From: Pavona decussata
Lineage: Eukaryota
Assembly (NCBI GenBank): GCA_977016875.1
Contig: CDRNST010000273.1
Location: 5,146,001 to 5,210,000, forward strand
Length of the DNA: 64,000 nucleotides
Direction: 5' to 3'
Shown here: positions 26,401 through 41,172 of the stretch, in pieces
Layout: every line of letters begins with the position of its first letter
Numbering within the stretch: position 1 is the first letter of the stretch
Made by a program: the position numbers and the translations under genes
The notes under the pieces: generated by a model
Databases searched by the model: none
What the model was told of the DNA's origin: nothing
What the model saw: the letters and a program-made list of their open reading frames with translations, nothing else

Positions 26401-29366
26401 GGCAATCTCTTGATGGATCGTCAAAAAGGTACTCGTGTAAGTTGTGGTACCTCTCAAAACATGGTGCTGGACAGATGCCCAATCATTGCTGGTGTCAACC
26501 AGTTGGATGAACACTTTGCATTTCCTGTGAGTTTCAGTGACCACAGGGTGGTGAAAGAGCATGTGATTGAAGCATGTGTCTGGCAGTATTTGACTCCTGT
26601 CAGAAAACAATTTCCTCCGATTAGTTGTTGCAAGAGTGTATCTTTGAATTGACCAAGAGTGGTATCTGGGTGGCCTGCTTTCTGGTACAGGATGTTTGCA
26701 TTTAGCACAGCAACCTCAAGCATGACCAAACCGGCTTCTTTTCAAAGGCAAAAATTGCCTGAATTGGACTCTTCCCTTGAATTGTATCAAAGTTTCATCC
26801 AAAGATAAATTCTGTGATAGTGAGTATACTGAAGTAAACCTTGGAAACAGAATATTTAGAAATGGTCTTATTTTCTACAGTTTATCCCTATTAGGATCTG
26901 CAGGAACTGGTGCATTGTCATTGTTTACAAAATGCATAAGCCTTAGAATTGCAAGGTAGCAATCTCTAGCCATTGTGTTTGCGACTAATGGAGTATTAGT
27001 GACTGCATTAGAGGACCAGTACGATTTGAGGTTGTTTTTTTTTTTTTTAACTAAGCCCATGGCCCATGTGAGACCAAGCTAAGCTTTCAACTCAGGGACA
27101 CCAAAATTTGGGAGACTGCCTAATAAATCTGCATCAAGTTCACTTTTGCAACTTAAGCTTCTGGTTCACTTGCCTGATCTTTTCCAGGCTCAGCTTCATC
27201 GGTTTCTGCGTTTTCAACATTGTTTTCTGGTTGACCTTGGCCAAAAAATGCTGAAATCTTTCTTTGTTTTGACACGACCTCGTTCAGCTTGATCAGTCAC
27301 CATCTCACAAGCCCATGGGTTTCAATGAATAAAACTCCCTATAGCGATTACTTATACTAGTTCCCAGGGACCTGGAGTATGAACGGCCATTATGTTTATG
27401 TCAGACTGGACTAGTATTCTCCGCATTTGGGTTCTGGTTCTTGCATATTCTCCCCAAATTTTAAATGGGATATTGCTTTCAAAAGATTTTGAACAAGGAG
27501 AAATCACAAATTCCTTGCATCTACAAAATTTGAAGTGCACCAAAATGACCCAGGCAACGAATTTGAAGGGGACATTTTTGCTCAGACTGCGCCAATTCCG
27601 CAATGGCACGCTCTAGATCAGACACTGGGGAAGGTGTTAGGTTGCTAGGTGGCAGCTGTTGTATACATGGCTTTGGGCTGGTGTGATCTGGTGTCATCGC
27701 TGCTGGGGTTAGACCAGTTAGTGGCTTCGCAGGGGATGGTTGCGGTGGCAGCTCTGCTTGTGGTGGATTGGAGTTGGTTTGCTTGAGCGGGCTGTGTGGC
27801 AGCATGGCAAGGTGTCGCAGGTCATTGTCGATGGTGAGACGAGGTGGTGTGGTCTGTACTGGAAGGTATTTCCTCAAGAACTTGTGGTTGGGGGTGCTCA
27901 TCCTTCCAGAGCGGTCAATGCGGATAACCTACTGGTCGAGTTCTGCTCTATGCAATGTGTCAACTTCAACAGTGAGCAGGATCTTCATAACATGGGTCAA
28001 CTTTGTGTACTTTCAAAAGAACACATGAATATTTGGTGAAGGAGAGAAGTGGTTGATAGAACAATGCTCGAAGCATTCAAAAGCAAATACAAGTCTACTA
28101 GAGTAATTACTGATTGTACCAAAATTAGGTGTGAAATGCCCAGTAGGAACTCTTCAGTAATCTGCTAGATTATCATTACAAATAACCCTGTATTTGCATG
28201 TGAAACACAAGGAGAATTTGAAATTGCCTGCTATGGCAACGATAGAATTTAATTTTTGTCATCGTTGTTGGAAAATGAACTTTGAATATGATTTTTATAC
28301 TTCTTTGAATAGCCATTGTCTTTGAGTAACATGAATACTGCCTGATGGTTACTACTTGATCAAATTTGTTGGTCAAAAAAAAAGGAAGTGATCACTAATG
28401 ATGAATGTCTTGATGTTCAAGAAAATTCTCCCAACTAGTACACGTACAAAGAAATATATTGAGAATGATGAGGACCGTGTGACGATCCGAACTGACCAGG
28501 ATGCGGCAAGAAAAGCCACTCCTTAACTAATATTTTGAAATTCTTATTTTCAATTCTAATTTAATGAAAGAAACTAAAACAAGAACTTGTTGACACCAAA
28601 CTGAGAGCAGGAAATTGTAGCAATTGATTAAAAATTTTAGCTTTGTTGAAGGGTTGTTAAACACAGACCGGATTATGGCCTGTGAACTTTGATTCAAAGT
28701 TGTTTACGTAAATTACTGGAGTTCTCACCACTGACTTCTTCTTCTATGCCGTTTGTGTGAAATATACAAAGATTGTTTTCTCTCATTTTGACATTATAAT
28801 CATCTTACTTTCAATGTTAACTGCAGCTTTAAAATTTGTGTGTAGTGATTGTGCAATGTTGTGAAAAATTAGTAACAAACATCCAAGGCATTTACAGATC
28901 AACACATATCTTCCTTGTGAACCAAACAAGTTGAACCAGCTTGGTTTTTGCAACTGCCAAATCAGTCATGAATGATATGTACTGTGAAATGGGTTTCTAA
29001 TAGGTCACCTGCATCCTTGATATCCGAAAAACCGTTGCAAAATCTGTATTCTAAATTAGCTATTTTATTTTTACATGCACATCTTTCTTTGAATTCAAAG
29101 AGAAATTTTATAGCCAGTACAGGTGGCTACCTATATCTGTACGGCCAGCAGAATTCTGCCAGTTCCCGGTTCTTTTTGTTTTTCTCTTTGACCATTACTG
29201 TTGCTGGCTTCTACTTGTTGTGTGAAATGGTGTTATTGTGACTAATAATAGTAATAATTAATAGAAATTAAATTAGTTTATAAACTTCACCCTTTAAAAA
29301 TAAGATTGCTTTATCTAGCATTAGTAACCTACAAATAATAAATAATATTTTAAGAACAATTTAAAT
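23494..29366. repeat. Array unit copy 5 (5873 bp)
   Basis: Direct periodicity; A>C at 25101, C>T at 29274. Confidence 0.95.
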
Positions 29367-32300
29367 TCTTTAAATTAATGCAAATCTTTTGCTGCTTTGC
29401 AGACAGCAGTGAATGCAATTTCTTTGTTGTCAAATGTTACAGTAGTGGCTGTGTACGGAGGCAGCCTTGTTGCTTAAATGGTGCCTTTGATGTGGCCAAA
29501 TGGTGTTACAACTTGGCCATAGTTGTTGCTGAATAAAAATTTGTATTATTTTTGCAAATGGCATTTTGGGATACAATGAATTTGTTTTATCTACTCAATC
29601 AGTTCTTATTGAGACTTTGTCATCTTTCTTGAATTTTAATTGTATGCATTGTACCTTTTTCTTTCCACATTCTGTTGGCACTTTTGAGAAGGCCTTGTGT
29701 CATTGGTGTTCTTGGCGATTGGTGTGCAATCTTTGTTCCATTTTGAAAACAGTAGTGCTTCATTCCATGGTTGTAAATTTTTTTTCCATTGTCAGATACA
29801 TACTGACTATAGTCATCTGTATTTCTAAATTTAATTTTATCAGGTACATAGTAGTTGTGAAAAATCAAGTCACGAGTACGATATTCACGGTATACCACAA
29901 GAAGGGACTGGATGACTAATTTATCCCATATGCCACTCATTGAATTTACTTTCCTGTTCGATGTCTGGTCCCAGGAATTCAAAATTGAGGTCAAAACTGG
30001 GGTATTCTGGTTCCATGTTATAGTTGTTGACAGTAATTTTTTTCGGAATGAAAATTTTGACCTGTCGCAGGCTCTTCAATCGATCTTTTTGGCGGGAAAA
30101 AATTTTAGGCCACAAGGAACACTGTGATTTTTTGTGGAATACTTCCTGTTGTTACAGGTTTCTAGCTTTCTGGTTGCCTGTATTCTTTATGGCATGGGAT
30201 AAATATTATATATATATGAATTTTCTTTTGCGGGTAACCGTTTTATTGTAAAGGGGAAGGACTTGTATAAACTTGGTGTGGTGGCCAATGAAAGTTACTG
30301 CCCATTTGTGGGACTCTGGTTTGGCTTTCAGGGGCAGTTTCAAATGTCCATTAAATGTATTGCTTGTAAAGATAGAAATGTTTCAGCTTCAAGAGGTTGT
30401 TTGACTGGTTTCACTCTACCTTTTACTGTTCTATGTTTTTGGTGAAATTTGCTTATTTTCACAAAAAGGTTCACAACTTTTTTATTTGTCTGTGTAGTTT
30501 TTGGTGAACCACTTCATGATGCTTGTCTCCTGCGATGTGTTATTCTGTTGTGGGCGAAGGAAAATACATCTGTACACGATAATGTGTTGTTTGGGAGTGA
30601 CTTTCTTGTTGTCTTCTGAGATTGTACTACCATTAGAGTACTTCCATTTCTTATGAACTAGAGATTGAAACAAAGGAAGCTAGTTATAAAAAATTAAAAC
30701 TGGTTGGAAAACAATGAAAATGATTCTGAAATAAATTATAAAATTGAACCACAACATACATGTATACACTACCTGCATATAGCAAATGCCAATTGAGGCA
30801 AGAAGTTAAACAGATATGTTTTACTACACAAATTAGGTTGACTAAAAAGAAAAAAAGAAGAAAAGTGGCATTAGAAAAGTAAATGAATAAGTAAGTAGAA
30901 AACAAATAAGTATTACAAGTTACCCAGGTAATTGTGATAGAAGAAATGTACACAAAGGATATAGACCATATTTCACAACTTTTCGCAGTGATCCATCCAT
31001 TAAACTCATCACCAACAGGTGAGTGTGGGGACGGTGCCCGCAAGGTCTGGGGGAGCCTCAAGCAAGTGCAAAAGGGGGCAAAGGCAGTGGATGAGGGCTG
31101 CATCAGTACGATCTTTTAAAAAGCTGCAGCCCAGTTGGGATCTGTTGCTCATTACTTTTTCACTATGAAATCACATCAATGTCTGGATTGACATCTTTAG
31201 CAGCAGCACTATTAGTGGGCAATTCCCTCTGCGAGACATCTATGCATGCACCATCTAAGAAACCAAACTGTCTCAACTGGTAATGAAGTTCTTGATTAGT
31301 AGGCTGTATTTCTGATACCTGCCTAGAACTGAACGGGTGAGCTGACTGGAATAACTGAACAGTCTCCTGCCAACCTCCGTCTACAAAGTGTGATATAAAG
31401 TAATGATATGCTGGCTGAAGGCAAGCCAATGCTTATGCTTCCCACTGATTGGTGAAGAGCAATGTTTCCATGAACTGTTGCCCCAATAACAGCACTGCAA
31501 TTAGGAAAGCAATGATTCGTCACTTCCGCCTCAAATTTCCTGATCTCTTCATCAGCTATAAGGGAAAGTGGCCCATCTTCTTCAAAGTCATGACATCAAA
31601 TGTGATTGCAGGTTCTACTCCTTTAACTGGGCTAATTGCTGTGAACCATTAATGATGGGCTGACGTTTTTGTTTCTGTTTCCTCTGGTAGGCCCTCTCCA
31701 TTGACAAAAGTTGGAATGTCACCAAAACAGTTAAGCACTTGATTAACTGATGGTTTACAGCCACCTCTTTGAAACCCCCTACAACCTATACATGTTCTGA
31801 AAGAAGAGATTCCATACTATTATCTTTAATACCGAGGTATATAACAGAAGCTAAAGAAAAAATATGACAAATCTTGAAAACGAAAAAAAACAAGAAAAAT
31901 AAGAAAATTTTGCAAATGTCAAACTGTTAGCCAAATGGAACAGGTCTTAAACAGAGAATATGAATGTTTTAGTCACTTTAACACTGATTGAAAAAGTTTG
32001 CCACATGAGAACCTTTCAAAAACAAATTTTGCTAGTTGGATCTCATTCTGACAGATCATATGAATTGTACCGTATGCGCAATAAATATTACTGTACCAGT
32101 TCAACAAAAACTGTTCACACAAAAGTGGTACATTGAAATGCTTCCAAAAAGCTGCTTCAATGATAAACTTTTTCACTATTTACATAGTATAGAAAGTTTT
32201 CATCTGGATCTTCCTTGAAGTGGCCTACCAGGTCCAGCCCTTGGTCTACCATTGGCATCCTTTAGCCTTTTGGGGCAATCTCTTGATGGATCGTCAAAAA

Positions 32301-35240
32301 GGTACTCGTGTAAGTTGTGGTACCTCTCAAAACATGGTGCTGGACAGATGCCCAATCATTGCTGGTGTCAACCAGTTGGATGAACACTTTGCATTTCCTG
32401 TGAGTTTCAGTGACCACAGGGTGGTGAAAGAGCATGTGATTGAAGCATGTGTCTGGCAGTATTTGACTCCTGTCAGAAAACAATTTCCTCCGATTAGTTG
32501 TTGCAAGAGTGTATCTTTGAATTGACCAAGAGTGGTATCTGGGTGGCCTGCTTTCTGGTACAGGATGTTTGCATTTAGCACAGCAACCTCAAGCATGACC
32601 AAACCGGCTTCTTTTCAAAGGCAAAAATTGCCTGAATTGGACTCTTCCCTTGAATTGTATCAAAGTTTCATCCAAAGATAAATTCTGTGATAGTGAGTAT
32701 ACTGAAGTAAACCTTGGAAACAGAATATTTAGAAATGGTCTTATTTTCTACAGTTTATCCCTATTAGGATCTGCAGGAACTGGTGCATTGTCATTGTTTA
32801 CAAAATGCATAAGCCTTAGAATTGCAAGGTAGCAATCTCTAGCCATTGTGTTTGCGACTAATGGAGTATTAGTGACTGCATTAGAGGACCAGTACGATTT
32901 GAGGTTGTTTTTTTTTTTTTTTAACTAAGCCCATGGCCCATGTGAGACCAAGCTAAGCTTTCAACTCAGGGACACCAAAATTTGGGAGACTGCCTAATAA
33001 ATCTGCATCAAGTTCACTTTTGCAACTTAAGCTTCTGGTTCACTTGCCTGATCTTTTCCAGGCTCAGCTTCATCGGTTTCTGCGTTTTCAACATTGTTTT
33101 CTGGTTGACCTTGGCCAAAAAATGCTGAAATCTTTCTTTGTTTTGACACGACCTCGTTCAGCTTGATCAGTCACCATCTCACAAGCCCATGGGTTTCAAT
33201 GAATAAAACTCCCTATAGCGATTACTTATACTAGTTCCCAGGGACCTGGAGTATGAACGGCCATTATGTTTATGTCAGACTGGACTAGTATTCTCCGCAT
33301 TTGGGTTCTGGTTCTTGCATATTCTCCCCAAATTTTAAATGGGATATTGCTTTCAAAAGATTTTGAACAAGGAGAAATCACAAATTCCTTGCATCTACAA
33401 AATTTGAAGTGCACCAAAATGACCCAGGCAACGAATTTGAAGGGGACATTTTTGCTCAGACTGCGCCAATTCCGCAATGGCACGCTCTAGATCAGACACT
33501 GGGGAAGGTGTTAGGTTGCTAGGTGGCAGCTGTTGTATACATGGCTTTGGGCTGGTGTGATCTGGTGTCATCGCTGCTGGGGTTAGACCAGTTAGTGGCT
33601 TCGCAGGGGATGGTTGCGGTGGCAGCTCTGCTTGTGGTGGATTGGAGTTGGTTTGCTTGAGCGGGCTGTGTGGCAGCATGGCAAGGTGTCGCAGGTCATT
33701 GTCGATGGTGAGACGAGGTGGTGTGGTCTGTACTGGAAGGTATTTCCTCAAGAACTTGTGGTTGGGGGTGCTCATCCTTCCAGAGCGGTCAATGCGGATA
33801 ACCTACTGGTCGAGTTCTGCTCTATGCAATGTGTCAACTTCAACAGTGAGCAGGATCTTCATAACATGGGTCAACTTTGTGTACTTTCAAAAGAACACAT
33901 GAATATTTGGTGAAGGAGAGAAGTGGTTGATAGAACAATGCTCGAAGCATTCAAAAGCAAATACAAGTCTACTAGAGTAATTACTGATTGTACCAAAATT
34001 AGGTGTGAAATGCCCAGTAGGAACTCTTCAGTAATCTGCTAGATTATCATTACAAATAACCCTGTATTTGCATGTGAAACACAAGGAGAATTTGAAATTG
34101 CCTGCTATGGCAACGATAGAATTTAATTTTTGTCATCGTTGTTGGAAAATGAACTTTGAATATGATTTTTATACTTCTTTGAATAGCCATTGTCTTTGAG
34201 TAACATGAATACTGCCTGATGGTTACTACTTGATCAAATTTGTTGGTCAAAAAAAAAGGAAGTGATCACTAATGATGAATGTCTTGATGTTCAAGAAAAT
34301 TCTCCCAACTAGTACACGTACAAAGAAATATATTGAGAATGATGAGGACCGTGTGACGATCCGAACTGACCAGGATGCGGCAAGAAAAGCCACTCCTTAA
34401 CTAATATTTTGAAATTCTTATTTTCAATTCTAATTTAATGAAAGAAACTAAAACAAGAACTTGTTGACACCAAACTGAGAGCAGGAAATTGTAGCAATTG
34501 ATTAAAAATTTTAGCTTTGTTGAAGGGTTGTTAAACACAGACCGGATTATGGCCTGTGAACTTTGATTCAAAGTTGTTTACGTAAATTACAGGAGTTCTC
34601 ACCACTGACTTCTTCTTCTATGCCGTTTGTGTGAAATATACAAAGATTGTTTTCTCTCATTTTGACATTATAATCATCTTACTTTCAATGTTAACTGCAG
34701 CTTTAAAATTTGTGTGTAGTGATTGTGCAATGTTGTGAAAAATTAGTAACAAACATCCAAGGCATTTACAGATCAACACATATCTTCCTTGTGAACCAAA
34801 CAAGTTGAACCAGCTTGGTTTTTGCAACTGCCAAATCAGTCATGAATGATATGTACTGTGAAATGGGTTTCTAATAGGTCACCTGCATCCTTGATATCCG
34901 AAAAACCGTTGCAAAATCTGTATTCTAAATTAGCTATTTTATTTTTACATGCACATCTTTCTTTGAATTCAAAGAGAAATTTTATAGCCAGTACAGGTGG
35001 CTACCTATATCTGTACGGCCAGCAGAATTCTGCCAGTTCCCGGTTCTTTTTGTTTTTCTCTTTGACCATTACTGTTGCTGGCTTCTACTTGTTGTGTGAA
35101 ATGGTGTTATTGTGACTAATAATAGTAATAATTAATAGAAATTAAATTAGTTTATAAACTTCACCCTTTAAAAATAAGATTGCTTTATCTAGCATTAGTA
35201 ACCTACAAATAATAAATAATATTTTAAGAACAATTTAAAT
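29367..35240. repeat. Array unit copy 6 (5874 bp, T15 run)
   Basis: Direct periodicity; A>C at 30974, T>A at 34591, C>T at 35148. Confidence 0.95.
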
Positions 35241-38200
35241 TCTTTAAATTAATGCAAATCTTTTGCTGCTTTGCAGACAGCAGTGAATGCAATTTCTTTG
35301 TTGTCAAATGTTACAGTAGTGGCTGTGTACGGAGGCAGCCTTGTTGCTTAAATGGTGCCTTTGATGTGGCCAAATGGTGTTACAACTTGGCCATAGTTGT
35401 TGCTGAATAAAAATTTGTATTATTTTTGCAAATGGCATTTTGGGATACAATGAATTTGTTTTATCTACTCAATCAGTTCTTATTGAGACTTTGTCATCTT
35501 TCTTGAATTTTAATTGTATGCATTGTACCTTTTTCTTTCCACATTCTGTTGGCACTTTTGAGAAGGCCTTGTGTCATTGGTGTTCTTGGCGATTGGTGTG
35601 CAATCTTTGTTCCATTTTGAAAACAGTAGTGCTTCATTCCATGGTTGTAAATTTTTTTTCCATTGTCAGATACATACTGACTATAGTCATCTGTATTTCT
35701 AAATTTAATTTTATCAGGTACATAGTAGTTGTGAAAAATCAAGTCACGAGTACGATATTCACGGTATACCACAAGAAGGGACTGGATGACTAATTTATCC
35801 CATATGCCACTCATTGAATTTACTTTCCTGTTCGATGTCTGGTCCCAGGAATTCAAAATTGAGGTCAAAACTGGGGTATTCTGGTTCCATGTTATAGTTG
35901 TTGACAGTAATTTTTTTCGGAATGAAAATTTTGACCTGTCGCAGGCTCTTCAATCGATCTTTTTGGCGGGAAAAAATTTTAGGCCACAAGGAACACTGTG
36001 ATTTTTTGTGGAATACTTCCTGTTGTTACAGGTTTCTAGCTTTCTGGTTGCCTGTATTCTTTATGGCATGGGATAAATATTATATATATATGAATTTTCT
36101 TTTGCGGGTAACCGTTTTATTGTAAAGGGGAAGGACTTGTATAAACTTGGTGTGGTGGCCAATGAAAGTTACTGCCCATTTGTGGGACTCTGGTTTGGCT
36201 TTCAGGGGCAGTTTCAAATGTCCATTAAATGTATTGCTTGTAAAGATAGAAATGTTTCAGCTTCAAGAGGTTGTTTGACTGGTTTCACTCTACCTTTTAC
36301 TGTTCTATGTTTTTGGTGAAATTTGCTTATTTTCACAAAAAGGTTCACAACTTTTTTATTTGTCTGTGTAGTTTTTGGTGAACCACTTCATGATGCTTGT
36401 CTCCTGCGATGTGTTATTCTGTTGTGGGCGAAGGAAAATACATCTGTACACGATAATGTGTTGTTTGGGAGTGACTTTCTTGTTGTCTTCTGAGATTGTA
36501 CTACCATTAGAGTACTTCCATTTCTTATGAACTAGAGATTGAAACAAAGGAAGCTAGTTATAAAAAATTAAAACTGGTTGGAAAACAATGAAAATGATTC
36601 TGAAATAAATTATAAAATTGAACCACAACATACATGTATACACTACCTGCATATAGCAAATGCCAATTGAGGCAAGAAGTTAAACAGATATGTTTTACTA
36701 CACAAATTAGGTTGACTAAAAAGAAAAAAAGAAGAAAAGTGGCATTAGAAAAGTAAATGAATAAGTAAGTAGAAAACAAATAAGTATTACAAGTTACCCA
36801 GGTAATTGTGATAGAAGAAATGTACACAAAGGATATAGACCATATTTAACAACTTTTCGCAGTGATCCATCCATTAAACTCATCACCAACAGGTGAGTGT
36901 GGGGACGGTGCCCGCAAGGTCTGGGGGAGCCTCAAGCAAGTGCAAAAGGGGGCAAAGGCAGTGGATGAGGGCTGCATCAGTACGATCTTTTAAAAAGCTG
37001 CAGCCCAGTTGGGATCTGTTGCTCATTACTTTTTCACTATGAAATCACATCAATGTCTGGATTGACATCTTTAGCAGCAGCACTATTAGTGGGCAATTCC
37101 CTCTGCGAGACATCTATGCATGCACCATCTAAGAAACCAAACTGTCTCAACTGGTAATGAAGTTCTTGATTAGTAGGCTGTATTTCTGATACCTGCCTAG
37201 AACTGAACGGGTGAGCTGACTGGAATAACTGAACAGTCTCCTGCCAACCTCCGTCTACAAAGTGTGATATAAAGTAATGATATGCTGGCTGAAGGCAAGC
37301 CAATGCTTATGCTTCCCACTGATTGGTGAAGAGCAATGTTTCCATGAACTGTTGCCCCAATAACAGCACTGCAATTAGGAAAGCAATGATTCGTCACTTC
37401 CGCCTCAAATTTCCTGATCTCTTCATCAGCTATAAGGGAAAGTGGCCCATCTTCTTCAAAGTCATGACATCAAATGTGATTGCAGGTTCTACTCCTTTAA
37501 CTGGGCTAATTGCTGTGAACCATTAATGATGGGCTGACGTTTTTGTTTCTGTTTCCTCTGGTAGGCCCTCTCCATTGACAAAAGTTGGAATGTCACCAAA
37601 ACAGTTAAGCACTTGATTAACTGATGGTTTACAGCCACCTCTTTGAAACCCCCTACAACCTATACATGTTCTGAAAGAAGAGATTCCATACTATTATCTT
37701 TAATACCGAGGTATATAACAGAAGCTAAAGAAAAAATATGACAAATCTTGAAAACGAAAAAAAACAAGAAAAATAAGAAAATTTTGCAAATGTCAAACTG
37801 TTAGCCAAATGGAACAGGTCTTAAACAGAGAATATGAATGTTTTAGTCACTTTAACACTGATTGAAAAAGTTTGCCACATGAGAACCTTTCAAAAACAAA
37901 TTTTGCTAGTTGGATCTCATTCTGACAGATCATATGAATTGTACCGTATGCGCAATAAATATTACTGTACCAGTTCAACAAAAACTGTTCACACAAAAGT
38001 GGTACATTGAAATGCTTCCAAAAAGCTGCTTCAATGATAAACTTTTTCACTATTTACATAGTATAGAAAGTTTTCATCTGGATCTTCCTTGAAGTGGCCT
38101 ACCAGGTCCAGCCCTTGGTCTACCATTGGCATCCTTTAGCCTTTTGGGGCAATCTCTTGATGGATCGTCAAAAAGGTACTCGTGTAAGTTGTGGTACCTC

Positions 38201-40185
38201 TCAAAACATGGTGCTGGACAGATGCCCAATCATTGCTGGTGTCAACCAGTTGGATGAACACTTTGCATTTCCTGTGAGTTTCAGTGACCACAGGGTGGTG
38301 AAAGAGCATGTGATTGAAGCATGTGTCTGGCAGTATTTGACTCCTGTCAGAAAACAATTTCCTCCGATTAGTTGTTGCAAGAGTGTATCTTTGAATTGAC
38401 CAAGAGTGGTATCTGGGTGGCCTGCTTTCTGGTACAGGATGTTTGCATTTAGCACAGCAACCTCAAGCATGACCAAACCGGCTTCTTTTCAAAGGCAAAA
38501 ATTGCCTGAATTGGACTCTTCCCTTGAATTGTATCAAAGTTTCATCCAAAGATAAATTCTGTGATAGTGAGTATACTGAAGTAAACCTTGGAAACAGAAT
38601 ATTTAGAAATGGTCTTATTTTCTACAGTTTATCCCTATTAGGATCTGCAGGAACTGGTGCATTGTCATTGTTTACAAAATGCATAAGCCTTAGAATTGCA
38701 AGGTAGCAATCTCTAGCCATTGTGTTTGCGACTAATGGAGTATTAGTGACTGCATTAGAGGACCAGTACGATTTGAGGTTGTTTTTTTTTTTTTTTAACT
38801 AAGCCCATGGCCCATGTGAGACCAAGCTAAGCTTTCAACTCAGGGACACCAAAATTTGGGAGACTGCCTAATAAATCTGCATCAAGTTCACTTTTGCAAC
38901 TTAAGCTTCTGGTTCACTTGCCTGATCTTTTCCAGGCTCAGCTTCATCGGTTTCTGCGTTTTCAACATTGTTTTCTGGTTGACCTTGGCCAAAAAATGCT
39001 GAAATCTTTCTTTGTTTTGACACGACCTCGTTCAGCTTGATCAGTCACCATCTCACAAGCCCATGGGTTTCAATGAATAAAACTCCCTATAGCGATTACT
39101 TATACTAGTTCCCAGGGACCTGGAGTATGAACGGCCATTATGTTTATGTCAGACTGGACTAGTATTCTCCGCATTTGGGTTCTGGTTCTTGCATATTCTC
39201 CCCAAATTTTAAATGGGATATTGCTTTCAAAAGATTTTGAACAAGGAGAAATCACAAATTCCTTGCATCTACAAAATTTGAAGTGCACCAAAATGACCCA
39301 GGCAACGAATTTGAAGGGGACATTTTTGCTCAGACTGCGCCAATTCCGCAATGGCACGCTCTAGATCAGACACTGGGGAAGGTGTTAGGTTGCTAGGTGG
39401 CAGCTGTTGTATACATGGCTTTGGGCTGGTGTGATCTGGTGTCATCGCTGCTGGGGTTAGACCAGTTAGTGGCTTCGCAGGGGATGGTTGCGGTGGCAGC
39501 TCTGCTTGTGGTGGATTGGAGTTGGTTTGCTTGAGCGGGCTGTGTGGCAGCATGGCAAGGTGTCGCAGGTCATTGTCGATGGTGAGACGAGGTGGTGTGG
39601 TCTGTACTGGAAGGTATTTCCTCAAGAACTTGTGGTTGGGGGTGCTCATCCTTCCAGAGCGGTCAATGCGGATAACCTACTGGTCGAGTTCTGCTCTATG
39701 CAATGTGTCAACTTCAACAGTGAGCAGGATCTTCATAACATGGGTCAACTTTGTGTACTTTCAAAAGAACACATGAATATTTGGTGAAGGAGAGAAGTGG
39801 TTGATAGAACAATGCTCGAAGCATTCAAAAGCAAATACAAGTCTACTAGAGTAATTACTGATTGTACCAAAATTAGGTGTGAAATGCCCAGTAGGAACTC
39901 TTCAGTAATCTGCTAGATTATCATTACAAATAACCCTGTATTTGCATGTGAAACACAAGGAGAATTTGAAATTGCCTGCTATGGCAACGATAGAATTTAA
40001 TTTTTGTCATCGTTGTTGGAAAATGAACTTTGAATATGATTTTTATACTTCTTTGAATAGCCATTGTCTTTGAGTAACATGAATACTGCCTGATGGTTAC
40101 TACTTGATCAAATTTGTTGGTCAAAAAAAAAGGAAGTGATCACTAATGATGAATGTCTTGATGTTCAAGAAAATTCTCCCAACTA

Positions 40186-40229
40186 CAGTACTGTGCAAAA
40201 GTAATGAGAGCGAATTTCGACGAATTTCG
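40186..40229 (+). repeat. Left TIR (44 bp)
   Basis: CAGTACTGTGCAAAAGTAATGAGAGCGAATTTCGACGAATTTCG is the exact reverse complement of 43381-43424. Confidence 0.97.
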
Positions 40230-40430
40230 TGTATTGTTCTTGCGAATTTTCGACGATATGTCGGCGAAATTTCGGGCGGTATTTCGCGTCGCTCAATGCG
40301 ATATTTCAAAGAAAAAGCGGCGAAATTATGCGAATTCTTTCGAAATTTCGAAATAACGAACTTTCCTTGCTTTCGAAATTTCGAAGAAATGAACTTTCGT
40401 TTCTTCGAATTTTCGAAGCAGCGAATTATA
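40230..40430. repeat. Left subterminal CGAAATTTCG-type palindrome cluster
   Basis: Exact CGAAATTTCG at 40265, 40341 and 40374, plus variants (CGAATTTTCG, TTCGAA). Confidence 0.85.
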
Positions 40431-41069
40431 ATTGCAGTACATAACTCGCGGGAACTAAACGCGCTTTGTTTATTTATTAACACCACGACTGAAGAGCATT
40501 TCAAAATAAGCTAGAGAGATTTAACCCGCACTTTGCTTCAGTAGAATAACTGCCCGTTTGTTTTTCAATAAGACTGAATCAAGGACTGAATCGTAATTAC
40601 AACAAGCGGGATTGTAAATTTCATGATTACGCATGCAAATTTCCGGTTGAAATCTAACTCCGATTGAAGGTCGAGCTTGCAATGATTCGCTTCATAGACA
40701 AAAAGCGCTTTGATTTGCATACCAGTAGTTCAAAATGTTTAGACAAAAAAATTTTGATATTTGCATGATATGGCAGGTCTTTTATAAAATGAAAGATAAT
40801 TATTGAAATTGCGTGCCGACAGATGCATTTGTTTACACAATATGCCCGTGAGAACTCCGGTGAGAGCAACTGCGTAGCGAAACTGTGAAGCTAATGTCTA
40901 TGACACTGCGTGTTGTGCCAAAATTAATTCACGTATTTTTACCAATGAATGATTTCAGAGAAACATGGAATCAGTTCTACAATTTACCAACGTCAAAATA
41001 TTATGACAAATGTTTACCCCCGCTGAAAACTAAATAAATGTAAGAAACAAATCTTAATACATCATCTGG

Positions 41070-41075
41070 TTTATT
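41070..41075 (-). promoter_or_regulatory. Candidate polyadenylation signal AATAAA of the fusion gene
   Basis: TTTATT on the plus strand, about 100 nt downstream of the predicted stop at 41173. Confidence 0.45.
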
Positions 41076-41172
41076 GTTTAATACGGTTTACATTGCATTC
41101 CAAAAAACAAAGAAAACGAATCTAAAATCTACTTAGATTACATGCAAAAATATACACACAGTTGCTAACGAA

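Noticed and set aside
40121-40514. ORFs over the transposon ends (also 43056-43427)
   Set aside because: By-products of the stop-poor palindromic subterminal repeats.
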